This document shows, one piece after another, positions 24,501 to 37,000 of a stretch of DNA of 64,000 nucleotides (the first letter of the stretch is position 1; each line of letters opens with the position of its first letter). The stretch is from Catajapyx aquilonaris (Eukaryota). A program made the translations under genes and the position numbers. The DNA is taken from the NCBI GenBank assembly GCA_000934665.2, contig JYFJ02000421.1, forward strand, positions 1 to 64,000. The letters are read 5' to 3'. The notes beneath the pieces are model-generated. The model did no database searches. It saw nothing but the letters and a program-made list of their open reading frames with translations, and had not been told where the DNA came from.

Positions 24501-27500
24501 ATGAAATGGAGGATGGAGGGGGGAAAAATGACTTGTAAATGCAGGTCGAGCAGAGTGTAAACAATTTAGCGAGGGGTTTGCATTATTAGCCCGCAATGCG
24601 GTGGAAATGGGCCGGCGCAACAATACCCTAGAGTTACATCATTATAGATTCGCGTTAATCACGAATTCGATAATAAAATAATTAACTGGTCGAAAACGGT
24701 GGAAATAGTTTTGTTTATGTTTGGCATCAACATGGCAGCTCGGGACCGGACGCAAATGATTGTCAAGCACCCAATTAAGTCATTTCCCTAGAGTCTACAC
24801 ATACTTTTGCCTCGCTCAAAAAGCCTGTGTTTTTTTAAAAACCCATCTTCAATTTCCATGTCGGTTACACCTTCTTTCCTCAGGCAGCGCGTGCTACCAC
24901 AAAAAAAACTAGTTTTTTGTTCTCTTAACTAACCCCGGCTATTTGCATACGTTGCAGGAAGAATCCATCAACATATGGCAACATTGTGTCATATTCTATG
25001 TTCAAGGGCTTATTCAAACTGGGAAGGAGCTAACACTGATAACGATCGTTATTTTTTGGGGCGGACAATTTGAAATTCAACGCTAGGCTCTCACCCTTCT
25101 TCACCGCGTGTCCATTGCTTCATCATCAGCTTACAAATAGGCTGATTAAGTCCGGAAACACGCAATGCGCTGAGCCCTTTGTTGCTTACAGGGCCAGCTA
25201 CCAACAGCTAATTTGGATCTCATGTGTCACATAATTTCACCTGGGCAAGTGCACAGGCAGGCCGGCACTAGAGGCGAAGAAAGCACACTTCTCAGGATGA
25301 GTGACGTCAGGTACCGCCATGATGAACTCGTGACGTACCGTATATGCGGTTGGCGTGATGTCACATGCTTCCAGACGTCACGATGTCTTCGTTGCCAAAC
25401 CGATTGCCGCACTCTCAATGCGTCATGCCCACAATGGTCTGGGTGAAAGTGTCAAGTCAGATAGTGATCGTTCCAAGAATCGTTGCTCTTGACACATGAT
25501 GGTCGAGATCATCTCCACACAAATCGGTATAAGAAACAGGCCTGTTCCGTGACTGAAAATGGTGAGCATGATTTTCCCCTATTTATTTAGCGACACACCA
25601 CTTTTCTGCCTCTTTTCCCTCCCCTTGTACGTCATGCATAGGTAAGAATAGACTTGATTTAGAGCTACATCAGTTCCATCACGTCCGCTAGCAAATTTAC
25701 GACACGGGTAAATCACTGATATCTCCCTACATTACCCCCATTTTTTGTGTGTGTGTGGAAGTTGGGGGGACAACAACAGCAGTTTTGGCATCCATCATCC
25801 GTGTCGAGTCTCTCAGGTGAGTTGACCTCGTCGTCACAAGACAATTTATGCGTTCCGGTATCAAAGCTTAACATCGCCTTCCGTCCACTTCCAAATTGGA
25901 TAAGGCGAAAGCCCATTTCCTAGCCTCTCATAATCACAGATCGGTCCTCTCGGATAACAAAGAAACGTCTAGGCTTTATTGCATGCGCCGGGAAATTGAT
26001 GGTAAAAGGGTTCATTTCCTCATTTGGACCTTATAGTTGCAACCGACTAAGGGCATTGCCACTCCAGTCCTTTACACCCTGAAATTTAGACATATTTTAA
26101 TATAAATTTGATAACCAAGCTCCTATAATGTAGTCACATGCAAGGGTCTACATGCCTGAAGGCTGGCTATTACGTCTGTTTCCAGGGAGAACATGTTTAT
26201 TCTGCAGCTGTACGCGCAAAAAAACAACATAAGAATGGGATTGCGAGAGTGAATAATGCTGTCCCTAGTTAAGGAAAGGGAGTATAGGGAGAATGTTAAC
26301 GAGGCAATTGTGGCCCCAAAATTTAAGGCATGCATGAACGCACATTTTGATAAAAGTCTGGTGTGGATGGAAAAAGGCAACTGTGCTGTGAAACTACATA
26401 TACCGGCGTTAATTAATTTTTTTGTGCAAATGTGAAGCAAAGCAACAGAATCTCCGGCGTCTCATTAGCTGTAGGACAAGTTTCTGGCATAATGAACATT
26501 GTTTCTGTCCCACGTGCGAGTATGCGAGCACAATATTAAATGTAACAGGAGCATTGTGGCCAAGTGGCTATGCCATTGTCCTGTTGGAGTGAAAATATAT
26601 TATTTCCAGAACAAAGGGGCACAAACAATTAGCAGTAGTTTTTTTGCTACTTTTCGCTCCTGGCCATGAGAACCGCATAGGTTGACATGGGCTGGCCGAT
26701 GTTTTTGAGCCAATATCAAATTAAATTATAATTTTCCATATGCATATTACTGGCATTTTAATTGATAATCATAGGGTAGTCTACTCTAGATCGCTATTGA
26801 TCAAAGCAGAATTTTATTTCCCCTCAGTATAACCCATTACACTATGCATCTGATGCAATGGCAAACCTTGATGATACCTGAAGGGTTTATGGCCTATACC
26901 ATAATTACTCAGCCTTGACTTTAAACGTTGATAATAATAAATAAACAACCTTGCCACATTAGCAGGAAGCGGCTGGTAATATCTCCATGTGAATCGTGCT
27001 TTATTAGTCGTGAACAGTGATTGCCTTCTGAGATGTGTTGACGGCTATGGGAGACCAAAGTATCATACAAAAATCTTATAACTATTACTGTGTTCCGTAT
27101 GTAGAAATATGGAAAATGTTAGCAATATTGTAACAGTCTTGTTATGCGCATATATCACATTAGTGGTTTTTCAAGTTTGCCACTTGGATCTCGATCTATA
27201 CTGTATATGACAATCTTACTCGCGCAATCAAAATTCCGACAATCCTCTCATATGCTCAGTCGTAATTATTCTGCTGGTGTGCCCTCGTACTGTACGCCAT
27301 GCACTGACAAGTACAAGGTGAAGCAACCCGGCGTGCCTTGCAGTGCATTATCTCGTTGTGCAAAGGTAATGAATTGATTCCGGTTCCTGCATTGCACATA
27401 CCTCGGGAGACCGCCAATTAAAGTTGGAGAAAATTGATTGTTTTCAAATTCCTTCACCCTAATTAGGCCCTCTTCCGGCAGTGGGAACATTCCCGGCTTC

Positions 27501-27887
27501 ACTTTTGTTAGCAGGTAAAAGTCATGCCACCGCCACCTATGCCCCGATTTTTAATCCTCACACAAGCAGAACTGAACCTATGAGATTTCATTATGAAAAG
27601 GTGTGAGGGTGGAACATTGTTCTCAGTGTGATTCGAAGTCGCCTCTTGCAGCAGTTGAGCATATCCAGTTTGACAACCCAAGAGAGTCAACAGACCACTC
27701 CATTTTATTGTGTGTATTATACAATTAGTTCAAATAACACATACTGTATACTGTGTGTTAATTTGACACATCAGCATATGTGTGCCAGTTATTAGCTAAA
27801 TTCACCCCATGAAATTCCAACATATTTGTAAGTGAAGAGGTCGCGACTCAACCCTGCCTGACAGACACCCCCGCCATCCTGTTTCAG

Positions 27888-28472
27888 GTGTGGTTCCAGA
27901 ACCGTCGCGCAAAATGGCGCAAGAAGGAACACACGAAGAAGGGTCCAGGTCGACCTGCCCACAATGCTCACCCGCAGACCTGCAGTGGGGAGCCCATCCC
28001 TCCAGAGGAACTGGAGCGGAAGGAGAAGGATCGCAGGGAGAAGAAGCTATTCAAGACACTCGAGAAGCAGCAGAAGAAGCTGGCCCAGAAGGGAATCCAC
28101 GTCGAAATCGACACTCTTCGGAGGGAGTGGGAGAGCAAACAAAGGCAGAAGGATAGCTCGGATGGGTCCAAACCTGAGGCAGAGATTGATGTGGTGGGAG
28201 GGCAGGACAGGGATGATGAAGATGATGAAGATGAGGATGAAGAAGTGGAGAGGGTGGACAGGGTGCGGGTCAAGAGGGAGAGGGTGGCGTCAGAGGGGAG
28301 TGGGGCTAGTAGTAGTAGCAGCAGTAGTAGCAGTTGCAGTAGTGCAGAGGCTTGTACTGACCTGAGTAAGAAAGAGACAGAACTAAAACCTAAGAAGCTG
28401 AACCCATTTAGTATCGAGAGTTTGCTCTATGTGGAGCAGAAGCCCAGGGACAGCAAAGCTGCCAAGTCTTGA
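27888..28472 (+). CDS. unc-4: unc-4/Uncx homeobox protein, coding exon 3 (helix 3, unc-4 extension, acidic/Ser tracts, eh1)
   Basis: Acceptor CCTGTTTCAG|GTG. Translation VWFQNRRAKWRKKEHTKKGPGRPAHNAHPQTCSGEPIPPEELERKE... has Q50 and the family-diagnostic KKGPGRPAHN..P.TCSGEP block; eh1 FSIESLL at 28407-28427; stop TGA at 28470-28472. Confidence 0.97.
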   Translation: MWFQNRRAKWRKKEHTKKGPGRPAHNAHPQTCSGEPIPPEELERKEKDRREKKLFKTLEKQQKKLAQKGIHVEIDTLRREWESKQRQKDSSDGSKPEAEIDVVGGQDRDDEDDEDEDEEVERVDRVRVKRERVASEGSGASSSSSSSSSCSSAEACTDLSKKETELKPKKLNPFSIESLLYVEQKPRDSKAAKS

Positions 28473-29680
28473 GGTGCACGTTTCTTTGTTTGTCTGTGAT
28501 ATTGTTGATTTTACCCTTCCCTATTCCATACACCAGTGCAGGAACTCGGATGTGTCGGGGCCGTACGTAAATTACATGCAGTAACGCTATTGAGAAGCGC
28601 AGGGATGGGGATAGGGAGGAGGTCAGCGTTACGGTGCTTGTTCATCGGGGAGCGGGGGCCCGCGTTACGTAATGCCGGTCGGATCCCGCCCACCGAATAG
28701 TCGGATGCGATCGTCCAAGACAATGTTTAGTAATTTGTGGACGGCCAGATATCAGTGTCAGAGTCCAGTGTTTGCCATTTTACACGTAGTAATACACTAA
28801 ACACGTCACTGTACCCAAACCCGCACGCACATCATTCGGGACAGAGACGGCCAACCCGAACGCACGTTATTCACACTGATGCAGTTATCATTTGTATACG
28901 GTATACAATGTCTTTCACGTGTGTTTTCATTTTAAATGTCCAAACTGTGTCAGGCACCCTTCTTAACGTCGCACCGCCAGAATTGAAAAGGGTGACACCT
29001 GGCCGTCATAACTTGGTGCGGGAGAAAGATGCCCACATACGACTATATTTACTATCGATATATTTATTTATTTAATATTTATTTTTTTGAAGTGAGTTCT
29101 GAAATAGCTTCGGCACGTGCGGATGTCCGTTAGGTATATAACCAAACGACACGGGGGAAGGGGAGACACCACAGGAGATGAGCCATCCACCTTCCCATAT
29201 GTCGCTGGTTATACCGTGCGGTGCCCATTCTCCAATTGTGCCATTTCGAGCCATTCCCACGCGGATAAATCCAGCGTTCGGTACCATAGCGCTTAAGAAA
29301 ATCGTGCGGAGGAGGGGGGGGGGGNGGGGGGAGAGAAAAAGGGAAAGCATGCAGGGAAGAAGCAGTAATTCTTGGAATACTTGACAAAACCTCGCTTGGC
29401 CACGAGACTCCGTCGCTAATTCAATTCCTTTTCGCTGGATCAGTCAGCTCCCCAACTTGCCCATTTCGTCCTACAGAATAGCTTGATCGCGTGACTCAAA
29501 GCTGTTTGTGTTATCAGTGTTGTCGTATTTAGCAAAGCACAGCCTGGCTCTTCTTTATTCATAATGACTGCTGGAAAAGAACCCCTTCTGTTCCGTGCGA
29601 AGGTAGCAGCAGCTCCTGTACAAGACGACGACTTGTATGCTTGTTGGAAATAAAAGTTTAACTTCTGTGTCAAACACTCT
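28473..29680 (+). other. Putative unc-4 3' UTR ending near AATAAA (29649-29654)
   Basis: The first AATAAA I found after the stop is at 29649-29654, followed by TG/T-rich sequence. Contains K box CTGTGATA (28494-28501) and overlapping ATTTA elements (29061-29082). Confidence 0.5.
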
Positions 29681-32600
29681 CATATTTCTGTGCATGGACT
29701 GCTATGTGTTGACTTTCATTTATCCACAGCAACAGTTGGTCTTATAATGTATGCAATCTAGGCAACAATCGAGGCGTGTGCTGGCGGAGGAAAAAAAACA
29801 TGACATGAAGGTAGTTTTGATAAAAACGCAAAATGCCTTCCGAGGTTATCTGTGGTTCTTATGGAGACCGTTTTCATAAGCTATAGTTTTGATGTTTTGA
29901 TGGATTGGAACATTGTTTTCAAGAAGACACACGGTATGCAGCGAATTCAAATGGGCTATTTGAGGAATCATACATTTATTGTCGGATACAGTAACCCTCA
30001 ATCCATTTTCAGGTTAGCGCATGGCATGCAAGAGCTCGCAACATATTTCCCATCCAGATTCTATCAAGGTAATGTCACATCACTGTCGCTGCCGCGTCCT
30101 CGTGCTAAGGACAACCACGTACAGGTAATCCAGTTATCACAAGGGGATATGTTTGGGACAGATAAAAAGGTTAAAATTACATGCAAGATGACTATAGATT
30201 ATGACTAAAGATTCTTAAATGGAAATGTGCTAAGTGTGACATAACCCTGCAAGTACAGTGTTGTAAATAGCATATAGAGGATTATGTAACATCGAGGAGT
30301 TACTTATTGTCCTGTCAACTGTACACCAGCACACATATGTATACTCCGATTTGTTGCACTTTGGATCGATCCCACTTTTGTTGCCATTGCTATTGCCACT
30401 TGCTTAGTAATTGGCGACGTCAGTATGAACTTTTTAAAATCGGATTTTATACTTGGCATGCCACTCGTCGTGTACACTGGCAGAGTGAGTCCCCCCTGGG
30501 GGTAACATTACAAAATTACACTAAATTCATATACCTATGATACCTTATGGAATAAAAAAATTTACTTCAGCAATAACTCGCGATCTCCCTAATCAGCCTT
30601 TGTCCTGTAGGCTTACGTGAAAGAGTTGTCTTAATATAGCTTCTACACTGGAAGTCTTGTAGTAGCTAGCTCCCGAAACTTTTCGTTCGAAAGTAGTGGC
30701 ACTTGTACTATACAGTAGTTCCCCAAGCGGTATGCTAACCATGCTGGACTAGCTGGGCAAGTAGTATACTGTGCAGTACAGTGATTAGTCGGGATCTCAG
30801 GGACACGCACAGCGATGAAAGTTTCAGAATTTAACGCACATTCGTATTGACAAAAATTGCGAGTAAATAAATTATCGAGTGTTCTCTCCCTGCTAAATAG
30901 GCATAGGCCCTATGTTAAAAGACATTTTTTAAAGAGAGGCAGCACGAGATTGGATTTTCCTACAACAACCGTGAGCTTGCAAACCTTAAAAGAAATTTTG
31001 ACAATATATTAATGAGGTAGGGGTCAAAATAGAAACACATTTCAAATTGGGACAGGTTCATTTTGCAGCAGTGTATAGCTTATAAAGGGCGTTACAATTG
31101 AATTGTCCAAAATGGATAACTACTTTTTGGCTCTAAACTTCCCATTATTAAAGTTATTTTACAGTGACACCTATTCTTTTGGATTAAAAAAAACATCAGC
31201 TTCTTCTTCTACCTGTAGGTTGAATGGGCATTATTTTTGTTTTACTGCTGCAGGAAAGTTTGGCTTGCAAAAATATGGTTTGAACCTTTTGATACCACAT
31301 ATGGTTCCAAATGGGTCATTCACAAAATCACAACTTTGAAAAATATTCATTGCAATTCAGGGCATGACTATGTTTCCACTGAACCTCATCTAATACATAT
31401 CTCATTTGTCACTACCTGACTGTACCTGCAACACTCCGAACAACACTGCATTGACGCTGTTGAATTAAACACGACAGACCTGAGTGGCCAGACTTTTGTC
31501 TGTTAATCCTGTCTTGTTTACAGATACCGGACTAACCTGACTAATCACGTAAGCTATGAATTAATGACTAAGGCTCCTTACATCCTAATGGAAGAGTGAA
31601 TAAGGTTGTTTTCACAACTTAAGCTAATGTTCTAATAAAGGGCATGCCATGCAGTACACAGCTAGCACCAGATTTGCAGTGTACGCACATCAAACATCGT
31701 CAAAGTAGAACAAAAAATGCTGTTTGCATCATACTAGTACGTGCATGATCTTCCGGCAGAAATTTAGCGACATCGTGCATGTCCTAGATGCATAAAACAA
31801 CAATCATTAACGTCACGTCGCTGCAGGTTAGCTTAATCTGCAAAAGTGTCAGCCTATATGGTATGCATCGTCTGATTCACATCATGATTACTAGCTCCTG
31901 CCTAAAAAAACGTACCTTCCAAAGACCCTTTTCCCGCCATGTTTCTCTCACGGTGACTGAAAATCTGCATGCATGTGCATGAGCTGCCCGAATTACTGCA
32001 CTTTTTTTTTGCAAGTCACATATGATGAGTCCGTATTCCAATTGACAAATTAGCAAGTTAGTAGCTTGAATAAGAGACACGACATTTTATAAAGTCATGG
32101 CGCAACTTTATTAACTTCAGATTGTTAATCTATTTTTCTATGAAGAACTTCACACATTTCCAACAGTAAGTGGGCACAAGAATGACATGCGTGTAATCAA
32201 AAAAATAAATTTCGAAATTATTTTTTTAAATAGGCTAGAGTGTGAAACATCTGGTGAAAGTACACACTTGTCACCAACTCACGTTTCAAGCTCGTCACAA
32301 CTTTGTGTTGCGTTTCAACCCTTTCCACTCTTCCTGAAGTGCGCATGAACACCATTTACTCGAATGGCTTTCACCAAAAAGAGTACTTGTTGGATAGAGG
32401 TGGAGGTAGGTGGAGGGGGAAAAAAAATGCACATCTGCACCTGCCTCACCTCATTAGGGCTCGAATTTAGTAGGCAGGAAGCTACCTGGACAATTTGCTA
32501 CAGAAGAAAATGAATCTAAAAACGTAACGAGTTCCTCGGTTATTTTTTCCGCGCCATTTGCATACCCAATGCCACATCCCAGAGGAATGACCAGATGGTT

Positions 32601-33743
32601 GCGTGTCGCCTCTAGTCCTTTTTTGTGTAGCTTTTTTCGGGATGCTTTAGGCAGAACTTGCTGGAGGAAAAATATGGTGAGGATTTCGAGGAAAGATTGG
32701 AGTTTAAAAAATTAATTAGGAGTTTAATAAAAGCAATGCTAAGTCATGAGTTTTAGCTTGGGTATCAGCAAATTGATTTGTTAATCAATGGTTTTTATTG
32801 CAGTCTTGTGAGTATTTCCATCTTTCATAAACACGATAAGGTCGCTGATATGCAGGGTCAGTCAGTGAATGTAGTCAACCTGCTATTGCAACAGTTGTAA
32901 CTTATAGACGTCGCGTCGGCGATATGAACAGCTGATGTATATAGGAGGCCGTAATAATTTTGTGATTCTGGGTAATTTTTTAAAAATACGGCATATTTCT
33001 GAATTATTTACAGTTTACGTAAGCGAGCACACAATGGCGAGTCACTGACTAATCAGTTGATTAGTAGCCTGTATATTGAATTCCCAAAAATACATTGATG
33101 TGCTATTATTTATTGAAGCCAGCCGATAATTCTGCACTCATGAATCGTGAATTATTGTAACGTTATCTTTGTTAAGTTTTATGGGCTCTAAGTGATTCAT
33201 GCCGCACTTGTTTGTACCAAGGATATTATGTGAAAAGCGACAAGCGTTGTAATTAAGCACTCAAAGTAGTACAATGTGGCCATACTGATGTCTGCTGGTA
33301 TATATAGGTTTATTGCTTCTGACATTGATGGGCATTGATGAATAAAAAAAACCTATTACTGTATGAATCACTGATCTGAAAAAAGTGATGACATAGTTGG
33401 CATTACAAGTCCAAGACCTTGAGCAATATTGTCACGAAGCTTATCCATATTGCACATGGAGAGAAATAATACAATTTCGTTTCACATGCCAACCCTTTCC
33501 AGACTTCCATTATCATATCCCGATGACAAATGACCCGAATGTGCAATCACCGCTGGCAGGTACAGTATATATAGTTACATCTGGAATCAAAGTCACACAC
33601 AATGCCAAGGGCACAACAATGTGGCATTTCATACCAGTATTGCGGTCACTTTTTAATCAAATGGTTATGTTTAGACAGTACTTAGCAAAATAATAGTTGT
33701 GCACTATGACCAATAAGGAGCAATATCAGTCTATACTGATATG

Positions 33744-34089
33744 AGGGAGGCGAAGTGGCGCTGCGGTAACGTACGTATGCGCCCACGGATGTTAATGTCC
33801 CGGGTTCGATCCCAACCCGGGGCCCTTCATCTCGTGCAGAGTTGGGTCGTCTCTGGCTTCATCTCGGGTGGAATTTCCTTAGACTAATCCACCCGGGGGA
33901 GTTCACAAAATGACATTAGAAACGACATTGCACTGCACCTTGCACATCCCCTCCTGTCATCCTGCCCGTGGGGCCGGGCGTTATGTATAAACTATAAAGG
34001 TTCCAATATATGTATACGAGATATAAATAAAGGTCCGTGCTATATATCTCTGATGAGGTCAAGCACTACCCGGATTATTTTTTTAAAAA
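33744..34089 (+). mobile_element. tRNA-derived SINE with long target-site duplication
   Basis: A box TGGCGCTGCGG (33756-33766), B box GGTTCGATCCC (33803-33813), T/A-rich tail. Flanks ATCAGTCTATACTGATATG (33725-33743) and ATCAGTCTACTGATATG (34090-34106) differ only by a TA indel. Confidence 0.8.
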
Positions 34090-37000
34090 ATCAGTCTACT
34101 GATATGCTAACATGCCATTAGTTCACCTGAGAGTTTGGCATCGCGTACAAAGCTTTGAAGTGTGTGGGAGGTACCGTTGGGCGAATGGTGGGAGGACGAA
34201 AATAATTATTTGTCAAACTTGCTGACTTATTATATTATTTCCCTTCAGGCGGACATGGCGAGAAGGCGGTGAAATCAATTGCACTAATCCCGGTTCGGGG
34301 ATTTTAACACACGAGTTGCATGCTCCGCGCCCATTTTTCAGGCAGAAGGTTATAGAGCCCTGCCATACCCCCCAACCAACCGTCAGTAGAGTAATGTCCA
34401 TGGGGAAAGGACAAATTTCAACCTGTGAATATTTCGAACAGTAGGAAAGATGACATTACCCCACCTTCCTATATAGTGTAGTACTTACTATTTACATTAC
34501 AATTCGTTGGATGGCCTGCAGGTTATTGCTGGGTGAGTATATGATCAGTTTCCAGCATATACGGAAATGGAACAGTTTCACCTGGAAATTGTAATGGTTG
34601 CAGGGTGTGGCTCGTAAATCAAACATTGTTTCTGTGTTGTATGAAAATGAGACCTACTTGAAGCCATGTCTATAGCAGTGAAAATCCTTGGGAGTGCACG
34701 CGCCTTGTGCTGATTAATGCTGTGGTAAGCCGTGTCCCCATCAGGGAGGAGGGGAGTGAGAATGGGGAGGGGGCAGGGGAAGGAAGGAATCAGCCATGAG
34801 AAATTCGGCACTTGCCAAATCATAGTTGGGCACCCGGTATAGACTCCACCGAACCTGGCACCCACAGCTACGACTGCTGGGCTTTGCATCTGGCAGGCAC
34901 GTTTGACCTGAGTGGAAAAATGTTGAGGAATGCCTTCAGGTAATGTGTGTAATTAATTTCACTTATAGAGTATGCTTATGATTATGCTCACAATAAGTCA
35001 GAGAGTGTCCACAGATTGTTGACTTTAGGTTATTAGGATGATTTGATTTTTTTCAGTTTAGCCATACAGAGTGTTTCTCTGTCCAAGTTGACGATCCAAA
35101 GAGGGCGGATGAGGACAAGTGCGCGGCACTCCGGAGATGCGGGACAAGGTTTGGGTCTTGATTTACCTTTTCGCATACCGGGACTTTGTTTACATCGCTT
35201 ACCTGGGGCGAACAATGCATCAACTCCCCGTCAACCCTCTTTGGAATGTCAACTTGGACAGACCAGCACCATTACAATAGAGTAAATGTGCAGCCTCTTA
35301 GAAGTGCCACAAACCTATTAAAAAAAAAGTAATGACATTGTTACATTGTACATTAATCGAGTATTTGTTTACGTATCATTGCACCAATAAAATAATAACA
35401 GCGGTTTTAAGTTACGGGTTGCATTTCAGCATTCTCTACGGATGTAATTATTATGAGTATTTAATTCTTCATAACTTATGGCTTACTTCCTCAACTATAT
35501 AGACAGCACCTGCACCGGCACATATAATTGCTGTGAATATGACAATTGTTAACGTGCATATTCTATTAGCGTGTCAATCGGCAATAAAATGAATGCAGGT
35601 GCAGTATTGATAAAGGCACTGTGCATGAAGACGACCTTCGTGAGTCAGGTACACGTGTGTGCATTAACTGTAGAGCGCCCCAACTATTGTGACTCAATTT
35701 GATATATGAATATTCCATCCAGGAGTATGAAATACAGTATGCTTCAGAGGCCACATGCACAATGTATGTATTGGAGGTATTAGATAGCAAAACCATGAAA
35801 TTATTACAATATTAAAAAGTCACGGTGATTGATTAAATTATCCAATCAAGCGTGATGACACCACATACCGTTAAAGCAGAAGCATCGACAGCTACAAAAT
35901 TTCTGCAAGTTCGAAACAAATCAGCAAAATTTTATTCCAAGTATTTATATCTGCAACAAGCTGAATATTCGATTGAGTCACCATTTTTTGTTTGCTGGAT
36001 TATCATGGATTCCGTGCGGCCTAAATGCTCGCTCGTTTGAAAAGGTGGCGCAAGGAGGCGTTAGTATCAATTAGAGGCCCAAGTGGAGGTCTGCTGTTGT
36101 ACACGCACAATTCCCTATTGGCAGGCCAGTCGCATGTGCGCATGGCGTCCATCTTTGAGACTGGCGTGACAGCATATCGGGGTTTATATTCGCGGGAATA
36201 TGTTGTCCAGCAGGCTATCAAGACCTAATTTGGAGGTATTCATCATATTTTCCTGCCGAGTTATTGCTCCTTTCCCGTGTCTTATCTCAGAACCCGTGAA
36301 TAAATTACGAGGGGAAAGCCAGATCACTTCACTGAGGATGGACGAGAGCTGCGTCCGACTGGTCATAAACTGCTCAAACAGGTCTCAACTGCCCACATAA
36401 CTGAATCCCTTATTCCGATAAAGGCGCGTGTCCAGAACCAGCAGCGCCACATGATTTCTAGAGATTTTGTGACTTGGTACAGTTATGGCATAATTATTAT
36501 CAAATTTTTGATACGAGCTTATTTCAGAATAAGTGCATTGCAGCATACTGGTACCAGGCTTAAACTGGTATCGTAGCTTCGCTCATGTTTCACAATCGCT
36601 ATCGTAGCGGGCTTGGAGACACTGGGGGTAAACAAATGGGTTCATATTCCTATCTTAGAAACGGGGTTTCCTTTCGCAAAATACACATTTGCGTAATTGA
36701 AGATTCCCAATAGGGCCCCGGTAAGTCATGGCCATGTACAGCAGATAAGGGGGGGGGACCAATTCAATCTGGCAAAATATATTATTGTTTACTTAATGGG
36801 ACCAGTTTTTTTTGTGATTGAGCAACCCGATCTGGGGAGTAATAGAGTTGCTTGGAATTAATCGGCAGCGGTTGCGTCACGACGTCATTACCAACCTGAT
36901 TTCTGGACAGGTAATGAGGTTCCTATACGGTGTGCGTGGAAGAAAATAATAACATGGCCTCTCCCTCGTGAGAGATTGGCAGTGGTCAGTAATTATATTG

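Noticed and set aside
27890..28365. Alternative-frame and antisense ORFs over exon 3
   Set aside because: Shadows of a purine-rich, low-complexity coding exon.
34049..34080. CTGATGAG as an active hammerhead ribozyme
   Set aside because: No stem II followed by GAAA, and no cleavage-site helix can be built in this copy.
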